From contig CM119372.1 in NCBI GenBank assembly GCA_051294905.1, positions 8,494,001 through 8,558,000 of the forward strand: DNA of 64,000 bases, read 5' to 3'. Within the stretch, counting starts at the first letter, position 1, and the number at the start of each line of letters is the position of its first letter. Positions 27,788-39,775 of the stretch are shown in pieces. The translations under genes and the position numbers were made by a program. The notes beneath the pieces are model-generated. The model made no database searches. It was given only the letters and a program-made list of their open reading frames with translations, and was not told the DNA's origin. Source of the stretch: Botryllus schlosseri. Taxonomy: Eukaryota.

Positions 27788-28290
27788 CAGAGGTGGTCAA
27801 AGTAGTCACCGTCGCTACTCACTACGAATGGATCATGTGGAGCAAGCCGACTTACCGCATTGCCCGAAGGCCGCGATATAAACAATGAATTGCCCGAAAG
27901 GGTGACGAAGCTCCGAAGGCCCCGACGCGAATTATGGATTAAGCATTTTCCATGTTCTTGCAGAACGAAAGCGAATAAGGCACGCTTAGGAATATAGCAT
28001 TCGCATGGTGTGTTAGGAGTGCCTGTGACCGAGCTAGCACAGCACTGTATACTGCACTAAGCCTTTATAAGCAATAAACCTTCGAAGTAGAAGTAACGCC
28101 GGAATTTTTACTCAAGTAGAAGTAGGAGTGGCGGTTCACAAGTAAGTAAGTAAGTAAGTAGGTATTCTACGCCTATTTGTGCCTAAAAACTGGAAACTGT
28201 CAAGTAGAAGTAGTCTAAAATCATAACTACTTAATAAGTAGTGCGAGTAGGCAAAATCTACTTCAAGTACACTACAAATAAGTGCGATTT
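27788..28290. repeat. Dispersed repeat with AAGTAG-rich subterminal motifs and CAGAGGTGGTC end (hAT-like fragment)
   Basis: Related segments at about 38260-38408 and 47935-48565; internal (AAGT)n tract; boundaries approximate. Confidence 0.5.
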
Positions 28291-28706
28291 TCGACGATAT
28301 ATTGCGTCACCGTGATACAGAAGCTATTTCAAGTAATTATCATGAAAATTTCATTCACAAAAGTGATACAAAGAAGTCATGAAATATCGATCGGTCGTAT
28401 CGCAGCCTGCGAGGCATGTAGTACAAAGCTACGCTCGTTAATGGAAATGACGTAACTGCGAAGACGGGTTCATCCCACAGCATTGTCACGCGATGCAATG
28501 AAATAGGCATAGTCGAAAAAATTCCAAATTACCTTTGCAATGTAATGTAGAAATGACAATATATTCTTTGCAGTAACATAGTAGGTACATATTTGAACTT
28601 TCCTTGTCTTTCATAATGTTATGACGTCATAATGAGTGATACTGAAACACACGACTTGATTGGAATCCAAATTCAGACCAACTTACCACCTCGGCTATTA
28701 TCACAG

Positions 28707-29287
28707 ACTCCCAATCCGCAAGAGAAAGCCCGATATCGCCCAAAAGCGAATGCCGATCTCAGCCCGCCCAGTCGCCGTCCATGTCCTCGCACGGCGCCTC
28801 GGCCTGCAGCGCCATGAGCCCGAACATTTCCACCGCCGGAAGATGCGCCGCCGAACTGGCCAGCGCCCTGGGCGCCGAATCATCTCACCCACTTAACACA
28901 TCATATTCCGCCAGTGGGTTCACGGCTGGCCACCATCCGCACGGATTTTCGCCTTACTACAGTCCGTCCGGATCCGCGATGCCGTTGTCTATGGCTCCAG
29001 AGGACCAGGCGCGTGGCTTCTTAGCTTCCGGCCACCATTTTACTTCACAAGCAACGCCTTACGCTGGATCCGTGGCGTTTGACGATGGTCGTACTTCCAG
29101 TTATAAGTATCATCACCCGAGCTCGCACAACCATTACGGCGGGTATTTTTCGACGGCACACGCCAGGACTGCGCCGTATCCGCTTGCCCCACACGTGCGG
29201 ACGCCGTACGAACACGCAGCCGACATGTCGCACGCCGGGTTTTACCCGGAGTATTCAAATATAAATCCTTACACGTTCGAGAGATAA
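28707..29287 (+). CDS. Tbx1/10: Tbx1/10 last coding exon (Ser/His/Tyr/Pro-rich transactivation tail)
   Basis: Phase-1 acceptor TCACAG|AC (in-frame alternative at 28677); contains YKY...ARTAPYPL, resembling vertebrate TBX1 YKY...SRPAPYPL; TAA at 29285-29287. Confidence 0.88.
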
Positions 29288-29980
29288 AGATGTTCTGAAT
29301 GGATATAGTTGGTTGTCGCTTGCATTTTGCATTAAAAAGTCTCGATATTATATCGGATTGTGTGTGTGTGCCTGCCTTGGATAAAGTTTTGCAGTACACA
29401 TTTTGCGCTTATATCGCGCAAGGGCCATATGTTGTGTCCGACTACAGTCGCTGCGTATACTGAAATAGAGGAAGTATAGTCGGATTACATATCTTGCATC
29501 TCGATATAGTGTATAGTCAGGGATGGCTAACCTTTTTTATGCAACTGGTCCTTAATGACATAATCAGGAAAAACAATGTGGGTATAGCCTATAGTAGAAT
29601 TTATGCTGTGTCAACATCAAGGTTAAACCTGCTGCAGAACACTGATTGTTAGTTGTTACAATACGTACTTTTCTCAAATTCCTGACACTCGCTCCTTCTA
29701 AATTTCATGTGTGACAACAAGGGCTCGCGTGAATATGTACGACCGTACATAGTTCGCAAAGTTTCCTATCTAGTTGCAAACGAGGTTGTAAAGGGACTTC
29801 ATCATGAGAGATTTACTGTCGATATGTTATGCCCTCCGACGGTGAGCAGATTGCAGCATTGCCGATCGAATAGCGAGTTTCTGAATTCTAACCATTTTCA
29901 ACCCATATATAAATCTGAAGAGCTTCTTGGAGGTACATAACTTCAATATACAATTGAATAGTATATCCACATTGAAATGA

Positions 29981-30014
29981 GCCCGAATATTTGCGGCTGA
30001 CACTCGTCAGGGGT
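29981..30014 (-). repeat. Hammerhead-bearing repeat, copy 3 (GAAA>GCAA core mutation)
   Basis: ACCC-CTGACGA-GTGTCAGCC-GCAA-ATAT-TC-GGGC on the minus strand; homology spans about 29917-30091. Confidence 0.8.
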
Positions 30015-31289
30015 AATCGTCAGCAACTAGTAGAGAATTGGAAAGAACATTGCATATCAACAATGGCATTTCAAAATATCACGTCACCAGCATCAAATTT
30101 CGAATAAAAGACAATTAAATGTACTATGAAAATACACCCTTGTAGGTGACGATGCTATGGGATTCAAGCGTATCTGGGTCACCTTAAAACAGGGATGGGC
30201 AAACTTTTTACTTCGTGGTAAATTTACCATTTTTTCCGGATTTTACTCCAGTATTGTAAGTCTGAAAATTTTGAAAAAGTGTCCTCCTTCCCTGATTCCA
30301 AAATATAGTAACCATATTATATAGTGACCGACGACATGGAAATAATATATATGTATTTGTATATTTAACACAAACCAAACATTGATTTGGTGATAACGTA
30401 TACGCGTCAGAAGCATTAACGAGAATTTATAAGCTGATCGTCCTGATTGCCAAAATTAGGGATGGTAGTCGGTTGTCCCACCATGGGTGTAAATTGGATT
30501 CTGTGACCAGCGATCTGTTCATAGATTTGCTGATTGTACTTTTGATTTAATCCCAGGACATACGACGCTGACGGCGTCATAACCTACCATGTTACCTTCA
30601 AGTAATACGCTTTTACAATATATCAATATTATAAATATAAATACTTCTACATACACAAAGAACGATGCTCTCTAACACACTCGCGAATCTCTTTTGCCAT
30701 TGTACAGCACTAAAATTACTAAACTTGCGCTCTTGTTGCCAATCTAATCACACCCGTAGTCCGAATTAAGTCATTTATGCTTCACTTACAGCAATTGAAA
30801 CCTTTAAAATGCATGGCACTCGGGGTCGGGCTATGGCGTAATCAATGAAATATAAAAATATTATGGTAAGAATATAACTGATCCTTATCATGTAGAAATA
30901 TATTTAAAAAAAAAGTTTAATCAAGTAGCCTATACCCACAGTAATTTGATTTTTAGTACGCATTTTATCAATGTTTTTATGTTACTTGAAGATTTCGCGG
31001 GGCCACCCCTGCCTTAGAACGTGTTTGAATCATGGTGAAAATCACTACCAGGGTCCAGGCGTGCAGAGGTGTTTTGCTTCTACTATCTTTGGAGATGTGG
31101 CTGCGCATGTGCACCGTATTCATACAGCATGGTGCTTGTCGTTCTCGTTCTACGAGCTAGCGGTAACTCTCGACGACCAGAAATATGACACAACGGGTTT
31201 TCTCAATCATGCTAGCAGGTCGAATTTGTACAATGTTCAAACTACGCAGCGAGTGGATAATTCATTACGACCAGATTGATGAGCATATA

Positions 31290-31672
31290 TAGGGTTGCAT
31301 TTAAAACTAATGGTTGTCTTAAACAAAGGTCTTTAAAAAATGTGTTTTTTAAAGTTGTATAATTATGCCATAATGGTGTAAATACTTTCGAAAAACATGT
31401 TGTATGAGCCTATAGACGACTACCACCCTATATAGCCGATGTATACGATATGGGATGATTGGAAATCTCAAAATAGTCGGTTCAACAGCTGTAGTACGTA
31501 GATATTTCGTCAAAACAGCTACGTTTACCCAATATTTTCAATTGTGAATGTCAATTCCCTATGGCGTCACAATCGAATAGTCGTGACGTCACCGCTTAAA
31601 AAATGTTTTAAACGAGGGCCTTGCTCTAAATTTGCTTGTCTTAAATTAATTTTTGTTTTCAATTCAACCCTA
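31290..31672. mobile_element. hAT-type MITE, family C
   Basis: TAGGGTTGCATTTAAAAC...TTCAACCCTA; TSD AGCATATA/AGCATACA. Confidence 0.85.
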
Positions 31673-31889
31673 AGCATACAGCTGATATCTGTGATCCACC
31701 TCCACGAGGTTCGCAAATAGGACATTTTTATGAACAATAACTTGATTCATTGTAGTTCGGATTAAAGTCATCAAACGTTGATTAATCCTCTTTTTACAAG
31801 CAACCCACTGAATAGGCAAAACAATCGATTGCGATTGCGATTACTTTGAATTTTTTTAATCTCATCGATTACGATTAGGCCTGAATATG

Positions 31890-32260
31890 TAGGCTTACCA
31901 TATTTTGGAAATGTAAAAAGAGGACACTTTTTCAGAAATTTCAGACATGCAAAACTGGAGAAGAATTCTCAAAAACCGGTAAATTTTTCCCACTTCGCGA
32001 TCGGTTGACTAAAAAAAAAAAAGGTCTTCTTTTCGCTCAGAGCTAAAATCACCGCTTTTCCCTCCGAAATACCCGCCGGAGCTTCACTTCTGCGCTAATT
32101 TGCGGCATATCACTCGCAATTTCCTCTAAATCTGACCTAAATTTTCAAAAAAGAGGACAAAATCTCAAAAAAGAGGACAAAAGGGCGTCTTCCGAGGACA
32201 CTTTCAAAAAAGTCAAAAAAGAGGACAAATCCTCTTAAAAGAAGACGTATGGTAAGCCAA
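31890..32260. mobile_element. hAT-type MITE, family B
   Basis: Exact TSD TGAATATG; near-identical inverted copy at 33852-34303. Confidence 0.9.
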
Positions 32261-32427
32261 TGAATATGCCAACCGATTACGAATACAAATCACGATTAAC
32301 ACGTGTCTGTGGCACGCTGTGGCAATCGCTGCATGGGAGACCTGAATGACATAGTAGAAGAAAATCACATTATGTGTAGCTGTGGCCATTTAAAGCATGC
32401 ATGCTTGTCGAAAAGGGAATTACTTCC

Positions 32428-33424
32428 TAGGGATGGTGTGAACCTCTGAAAAGTTCAGGTTCGTGTGAACGCGAACCTTTTTGAAAGGTTCTGTGTGAAC
32501 GTGAACGTGAACCTCATGACGTCATGTGACGTCATATTGCTAATTCCGACTCTACATTTCAGTGAAGTGATAGCCCTAGCGACGACTCGGGCCACATAGT
32601 GCCACAATGCTGAAGTACATATCGACGTTTGAAACGTCTACAGATGTATCAACTGGGGCAATCAATTGAAATAATCATCCCAGAAAATCAATATCTTCCG
32701 TCGCTTTGCCAACAATTTCGACGAGGACTTGCAAAGGAATATAAGCTTATGCCTTAACGGTATAGGCCAGACCGGACAATGTATATTCGGCGTCAGAATA
32801 TTGCTGTTGATATTGAGCAGTGTGTAAAACGGGTTTTTATACTTGCTACCGATATTATATAGCATTAACAAGTCGTACAGCAGTAGCCAATACCCGAATC
32901 GCAAGGAATTGGTTTTTATGATACAATAAACATATGAAATCAAGATTGATCCCGAACGCCTGCTAGATTTTTTACATCAGACATCGATATCAATTTCATT
33001 GATTGGTTGAACAACCATCATTCGCTGACTACCTATAGGTATACCTACATGTAGTGTATATCGCTCTTGATGTTGTGTGATTGCGGGTGAAGCTCACAGC
33101 CGAGAGTCACTAAATATTCACAAACGGAAAGCTGGATATTTCGAGCAAACTTTCGTAGCAAAGCAAGTGAAATTTGTGAGATGACCAAGGTGCATGGTCG
33201 TTTAGTGTGGATGTTTTTATGCTGCCAGCGCCATGCATAGAGTGGCCCGCAGTTGAAATGCAATAAATTTCAACCAAAGATGTTGTAATGAAGTGAAAAT
33301 TGTAATATATGAAAAAGGTTCACAGTGTAGAACCTATCAAGGTTCGATTGTGAACGCGAACCTCTAAATTTCTGAGGTTCACACACAGAACGCGAACGTG
33401 AACCTCACGTTCACACCATCCCTA
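32428..33424. mobile_element. hAT-type MITE, family A, copy 2 (inverted relative to copy 1)
   Basis: TAGGGATGGTGTGAAC...GTTCACACCATCCCTA; exact TSD TTACTTCC. Confidence 0.9.
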
Positions 33425-33851
33425 TTACTTCCTTCATCCATTTTGTGATATAATAGTGCCTTGTGCAATATTTAAGTAGGTTCACATTCAAAATTTGATT
33501 GATTCCTGGCTTTAACTACTAGTCTCTTATATTCGATTGAACTTTGCATGAATATATTTTAATTTGTTCACGATAGGAAACGTTTCACCTACGAATTACA
33601 TAGGGATACTCTGTCTTTATGCGTATGTTTTCCGGTTACTGTGTCATTGCGGTCGAGATTCCAAGTTTGAGCAGGCTATATTTACGACAGGTTCTATATT
33701 CAGTGAAATGCTTGTAGCATCATAATCTCAAATATCATGATAAGAATATTTGGATGGGAATTTGGTTGGTGTGTGGTCAGATCATAATATGTAGCTTTAT
33801 GGTTGTCGCTCACTCGCTGCGTGATTTTCGTCCAGGATATCTATATTATAT

Positions 33852-34303
33852 TAGGCTTACCATACGTCCTCTTTTAAGAGGATTTGTCCTCTTTTTTGAC
33901 TTTTTTGAAAGTGTCCTCGGAGGACGCCCTTTTGTCCTCTTTTTTGAGATTTTGTCCTCTTTTTTGAAAATTTAGGTCAGATTTAGAGGAAATTGCGAGT
34001 GATATGCCGCAAATTAGCGCAGAAGTGAAGCTCCGGCGGGTATTTCGGAGGGAAAAGCGGTGATTTTAGCTCTGAGCGAAAAGAAGACCTTTTTTTTTTA
34101 TTTTTTAGTCATCCACCTGGCAATGTGGAGAGAAAAACGTTATTTTGAGCTCTGAGCGGAAGTGATGACCTTTTATTTTTTTAGTCAACCGATCACGAAG
34201 TGGGAAAAATTTACCGGTTTTTGAGAATTCTTCTCCAGTTTTGCATGTCTGAAATTTCTGAAAAAGTGTCCTCTTTTTACATTTCCAAAATATGGTAAGC
34301 CTA
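33852..34303. mobile_element. hAT-type MITE, family B
   Basis: TAGGCTTACCATA...TATGGTAAGCCTA; exact TSD TATTATAT. Confidence 0.9.
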
Positions 34304-34472
34304 TATTATATAGGTTGGATGAAAGTAGATATGTTGGGCAGTAAACAATGGATTATATAGGCTAGATATGTGTTGGTATTTGGTTGATATTGAAGTCTTT
34401 ATTTTTGCCAGGCGTTCGAATCAGCTGGGTTCGAAAAGGAGATACCGCACGCCGATGCCCAGTGTCGATTTA

Positions 34473-35569
34473 TCGGGTTGCATTTAAAACAAACGGTATT
34501 TTAAAACACTTTGTTTAAAACATGTTTTAAACAGTTTTTAAACAAAGGCCTTTAAAAAAATTGTGTTTTTTAAGTTGTAAAACTAGGCCATAATTGTGTA
34601 AATACTTTCCATAAGCATGTTGTATGAACCTACGGACAATTACCACCCGATACAGCCGACGTATATCGATATGGGAGGGTTGGAACCCTCAAAATAGTCG
34701 GCTCAACAGTAGGGCTCTTCAAAAATGACTTTTTTTCAAATCGTACTGGCTACTTGATAAAAGTACCTAATTTAAGCCTACACACAAAATTTGGTTCAAT
34801 TCCAGCCAGTAACCGCTTTGCTACAGGAGAAGAAAGTTTCTATTTATTATATAAAAATAAATGTACAAAAATTTGAAAATTCTCTGTTTACCCCATGAAA
34901 GTGTTAGGCTGTCTATAGAAACGATCCTCACCAAATTTGGTTCAATTCCAACCAGTGAAAGCGGAGTTATTGCTGTCGAAAACTTTTGATTCGAATAAAA
35001 TAGTATTTACGGTGAGCACAACTATAATAAATAAACAAAGAATAGGTCACCGTAAATACTATTTTATTCAAATCAAAATTTTTCGACGGCAATAACTCCG
35101 CTTCCACTGGTTGGAATTGAACCAAATTTGGTGAGCATCGTTTCTATAGACAACCTAACACTTTCATGGGGTGAACAGAAACTTTTCAAATTTTTGTATT
35201 ATTTATTTTTATATAATAAATAGAAACTTTCTTCTCCTGTAGCAAAGCGGTTACTGGCTGGAATTGAACCAAATTTTGTGTGTAGGCTTAAATTAGGTAA
35301 CCTAACAATTTTATCAAGTAGCCAGTACGATTTGAGAAAAACGTCATTTTTGAAGAGCCCTACTCAACAGCTATATAGTACAGATATTTCGTCAAAGGAT
35401 CTATTTACCCTATATTTTCAATTGTCAATGTCAATCCAATATGACGTCACAGTTGAATATTCGTGACGTAATTGCTTGAAAAAGCAAAACAATGAAAAAC
35501 ATATTTTAAACAGGGCCTTGTTTTAAACATGCTTGTTCTAAATTGATATTTGTTTTAAATGCAACCCTA
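34473..35569. mobile_element. hAT-type MITE, family C, interrupted by a nested palindromic MITE
   Basis: Homologous to 31290-31672 once 34710-35362 is removed; flanks GTCGATTTA/GTCGATTA. Confidence 0.8.
34710..35362. mobile_element. Palindromic (foldback) hAT-type MITE, family D, copy 1
   Basis: About 310-bp inverted arms around a spacer of about 30 bp; TAGGGCTCTTC...GAAGAGCCCTA; exact TSD CTCAACAG. Confidence 0.9.
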
Positions 35570-35700
35570 GTCGATTATGTTATGTCATCCGTGCGATCCG
35601 CAGATGATCCGACACGGACAACCGTGCCGAATGACTGTCAGATTTCGGACTTATTATTCTGAATTTCTAACACTTTTCAACCAACACAGAATTCTACAAA

Positions 35701-36561
35701 ATGTCAATTCCTTTGAAAATAGGACGACAGAATGATTACAGCTCAGATGAGGCAGTACAAAAGTACCTCGGTTACAAAATCGACGCATTTCTAGAAGGAC
35801 CGGTTCGCGTGATCGTCGATCGGCTGAAACGACTGGGGAAAATCAACAACCAATCCGGATGCTTACTGGATGTAGGGTGCGCCGAAGGCGCAAGGACCGG
35901 ATTGCTGGCACAGCACTTTCGCCATTCGATCGGGGTAGACCCTAGTGCTCCGCAGATATCTAGAGCAGTAAGCCTTAACAAGTCTAAAGACATCGGATTT
36001 AAAATAGCAAAAGCAGAAGAACTACCTGTAGAAAATCACTCCGTCGATGTCCTTACTGTCCTGTTTGCATTGCACTTCGTTGACATGAAGTCGTTCCTAC
36101 CAGAATGCAAACGAGTTTTGAAGCCAGGCGGGGTTGCACTGTTTTATCGGGAAAATCTATCGAAAATAATATCCGGCGATGACGAAGCCCTACCCGTGAT
36201 CGACTCACCGGTGAAACGCATGATTCGAAGGAGCTTAGAAAAGGCACGAGAAATGGCACACCCGTGCTTTCACGCCTTCGAGCTCCATCGGTCGCAATTC
36301 GACGCGATGGAATGGGCGGATAAAAGCAGAGACGTACATGAAATAGAGAACGCTGGTGCTGGTGAGACGATCTTGAGTCTCGGGTCGTGGTCGCGCTTTT
36401 ACCTCTCTCTTCCGTTCTATCAGCAGCTTGGCGAAGGCACGGAAAATCCGATTATTGAGCTCGTGGAAGCGGTGAAAAGGAAATGGTCGAAGCAGAATAT
36501 GGATTCAGATGACATTAAAGTTAAATTGGTATCCGAGGTCGTAGTAATTACTTTGCGGTGA
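35701..36561 (+). CDS. Class I SAM-dependent methyltransferase (Methyltransf_11-like), single coding exon, 286 aa
   Basis: Motif I LLDVGCAEG, then GVDPSAPQI, AKAEELPVENHSVDVLT, ALHF, KRVLKPGG; acceptor-like CCAACACAG 11 nt upstream of the ATG. Confidence 0.9.
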   Translation: MSIPLKIGRQNDYSSDEAVQKYLGYKIDAFLEGPVRVIVDRLKRLGKINNQSGCLLDVGCAEGARTGLLAQHFRHSIGVDPSAPQISRAVSLNKSKDIGFKIAKAEELPVENHSVDVLTVLFALHFVDMKSFLPECKRVLKPGGVALFYRENLSKIISGDDEALPVIDSPVKRMIRRSLEKAREMAHPCFHAFELHRSQFDAMEWADKSRDVHEIENAGAGETILSLGSWSRFYLSLPFYQQLGEGTENPIIELVEAVKRKWSKQNMDSDDIKVKLVSEVVVITLR

Positions 36562-38454
36562 TATGCTGTTTCCTGTCACTTCTGGGCTATACTCAAAAGA
36601 TTTGACACATGCACCTACCAGATAGCAATGGCCGGAGAAAACTATAAATTGCAACACGTACGTATCGTTAGGCTTATCAATCAGTCGCTCATAATCATAA
36701 TCAATTAATCGTGCAATGGGGGTGTTTGCGTACTTGGGTAATCCACCGCTATCGGCGCGAAGCTGTTTCGAAGTGTTGGAGGTTTATCCTCCCCGCTGAG
36801 TCGCTGTTTTTCTATGCCAAAATCACATAGAAAAACAAGAAGGACCAATACTAGGAAGCGAATTGAAAGAGCAAAACGTCGAAAAAAAGACAAGTCGAGA
36901 GAGATCAAGATCTACCACCAAGCTGAGCTGGATGTGAGGTTGATAAACCCTAGGCCTGCTTGATCGGTTCGGTAGCAAAGGTTCGAAGAGTCGGGTGTTT
37001 ATCTGAAATCCTCCTCCCATGTTCTGTTTTCTCTTTATTACGGCGTATTTACAAAATACGTCCCAAAAAAGACCTTATATGAAGGACACATACACGGAAT
37101 CGAATGAAAAAAAGCAAGAAAAACAGCCGAAAGTCTGTTACGTCGGGTACGAGACCGCGGCCAGGTTTATGTTAAGACGCTGTAATTGGTCGTTTCAATA
37201 TCCTCCATCTGTTCATTACATCGCATTGTGTCTTGCGTAGCTCATTGTATATTGTGTAAGTTCATTGTATATTCCATAGCAACCCAAAACCATTTGAAGT
37301 ACAATTGACCGACTTAAAATCTACTCAAGTCAGTAAGTAGTTGTGAAAACGATCGTAATTCGTTCGCATTGATTGTCCAAAAGCTGCAATTGAGCTATGC
37401 GAAAGGTGCAGAGCTTGATTCATATTGATGCATACCATGAAGTATCCATAAGCGCTCGTCCGCATGATGGGATGAAAATGATAGTATTGATATGGAAATG
37501 CGATACTAACCCGCACTTTACTCGAACAGCCCGTTTTAGGAAATGGTATGGCACCCTCCCCGTTATTGTAAGGCCCATAGTTTAGTCGAATAACAATACG
37601 GAGAAGTTGTATCGGATACGGTGTAAACAATTTGCGCGATTAGTAAACGTTAATATAAAATATGGTGGATAGTAAAAATGCCATATTGTGTAGCTTTATT
37701 TCTGGAAATTAAAGGCATTTAGTTCCTTTTATGATGTTCTCCAGACAAAATAACTGATACTAATTAGAACTCCAAGTATGATACTGGGAATTGAAAGTGA
37801 AATATAAATCCTACTTCTAAAAGCGGAAAATGCATTTCATGTCTTTAGTCCAGAAAGTTTAAAAGGATGTACTCTAAAACAGGTCTAAAGCTAAAAAAAG
37901 TCAGAGTCCACTGTTCCAGATTAGGACGATATATGAACTAGGCTACTTGACTACGATATGATAAGTATGCTAGATTGCAAAACATCAGTTTCAAACGTTG
38001 TGATGGGCCATCATATATATTGTGATGAAATATTTGATATGGGCGAAAATGCGGTGTGAACGCTCCACGCAACCCTCTACCTAAATTATATTCACCGATA
38101 CTTTCATGAAATCACATTGGTCACTCCGGCGACAATTCTGGGCTGTACTCGACTTCTCTGATTATTAAACGCTGATACTCTGTGAAAACAGCCCCGAAAT
38201 TCCTCAGGCTATATCTACCTGATTGGAGGATTAAACTATTTCTAATTGAAAAAATGAAAATAGCGAAAAGTAAGTAGCCTAGATAACAAAATATTGTGAA
38301 GTAGAAGTAGCAAAAATTAGTTTTACTTGAGTAAGTACTAGAAGTAGAGGAAAATTACTTGCGGCGTACTTTGCAAAAGTAGAAATACTTCGTTACTGAC
38401 CACCTCAGTATCAGTCAGACCTATATCAGATGCTCGGCAATACCCGTTATAGAC

Positions 38455-38777
38455 TAGGGTTATCATACGTCCTCGTTTAAAAGGATTTGTCCTCTTAGTA
38501 GAATTTGTCCTCTTTATTGACTGTTTTGAAAGTGTCCTCGAAGGACGCCCTTGTGTCCTCTATTTTGAGAGTATACGTCATATTTATAGCAAAATGCGAC
38601 TGATATGCCGTAATTCAGCACCGAAGTGATGCTAAGGCGGGTATATCGAGAGCTGGGCGGAAAGTTGACTTCTTTTTTCAGTCAACCGACCACAATGTGG
38701 GAAAAATTTATCGTTTTTTAAGAGAATTCTAGTCTTCAAAAGTGTCCTCTTACGATTTCCAAAATATGGTAACCCTA
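38455..38777. mobile_element. hAT-type MITE, family B (older copy)
   Basis: TAGGGTTATCATA...TATGGTAACCCTA; 6/8 TSD. Confidence 0.75.
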
Positions 38778-38880
38778 ATATAAACTCGTCACAAAACGAT
38801 GCCGCTCAACCTGTCCGGTGTCCACTGCCGCCTCGGCGAGACGTAGGCTACAGCTGCTATATAAAATGATGCATGGCCGT

Positions 38881-39543
38881 TAAGGCTCTTCAAAAATGAC
38901 TTTTTTTTTCTCAAATCGTACTGGCTACTTGATAAAATTGTTAGGTTACCTAATTTAAGCCTACACACCAAATTTGGTTTAATTCCAACCAGAGGCCGCA
39001 TTGCTACAGAAGAAAGTTTCTATTTATTATATAAAAATAAATGGAAAAAAAATTGAAAATTTTCTGTTCACCCCATGAAATTGTTAGGTTGTGTATAGAA
39101 ACGATGTTCACCAAATTTGGTTCAATTCCAACTAGTGGAAGCAGAGTTATCGCCGTCGAGAAATTTGGATTTGAATAAAATAGTATTTACGGTGGGCACC
39201 ACTATAATAAATAATTAAAGAATTGGTCACCGTAAATACTATTTTATTCATAATCCAAATTTTTGGACGGCCGTAACTCCGCTTCCACTGGTTGGAATTG
39301 AACCAAATTAGGTGAACATAGTTTCTATACACAACCCAACAGTTTCATGGTGTGAACAGAAAATTTTCAAATTTTTTGCTATTTATTTTTATATAATAAA
39401 TAAAAACTTTCTTCTCCTGTAGCAATGCGGCTACTGGTTGGAATTGTACCAAACTTGGTGTGCAGGCTTAAATTAGGTAACCTAACAATTTTATCAAGTA
39501 GCCAGTACGATTTGAGAAAAAAAGTCATTTTTGAAGAGCCCTA
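38881..39543. mobile_element. Palindromic (foldback) hAT-type MITE, family D, copy 2
   Basis: Long inverted arms; exact TSD ATGGCCGT; homologous to 34710-35362. Confidence 0.9.
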
Positions 39544-39775
39544 ATGGCCGTGTACTGTGCAATCTGTACGTCACAGTAAATCCCTACCAATGCACACACT
39601 GAGCCGTCTTTCGTCGTCGCTCGCTGACCGCCAAAGCCAGATCGCCAACTTCCCATACGTGACGCACGCAAAGTCGACAGACCCGAAATATGCAAAACAG
39701 TCATCACAATATATTATGTATCAAAACGATTGCAAAAATAGAGATCTAGCTAAGAAGTACAAAGGCGACGAAGCG

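Noticed and set aside
27788-38408. One 10.6-kb composite element bounded by CAGAGGTGGTC / GACCACCTCAG
   Set aside because: Flanks share no TSD; these are ends of separate copies
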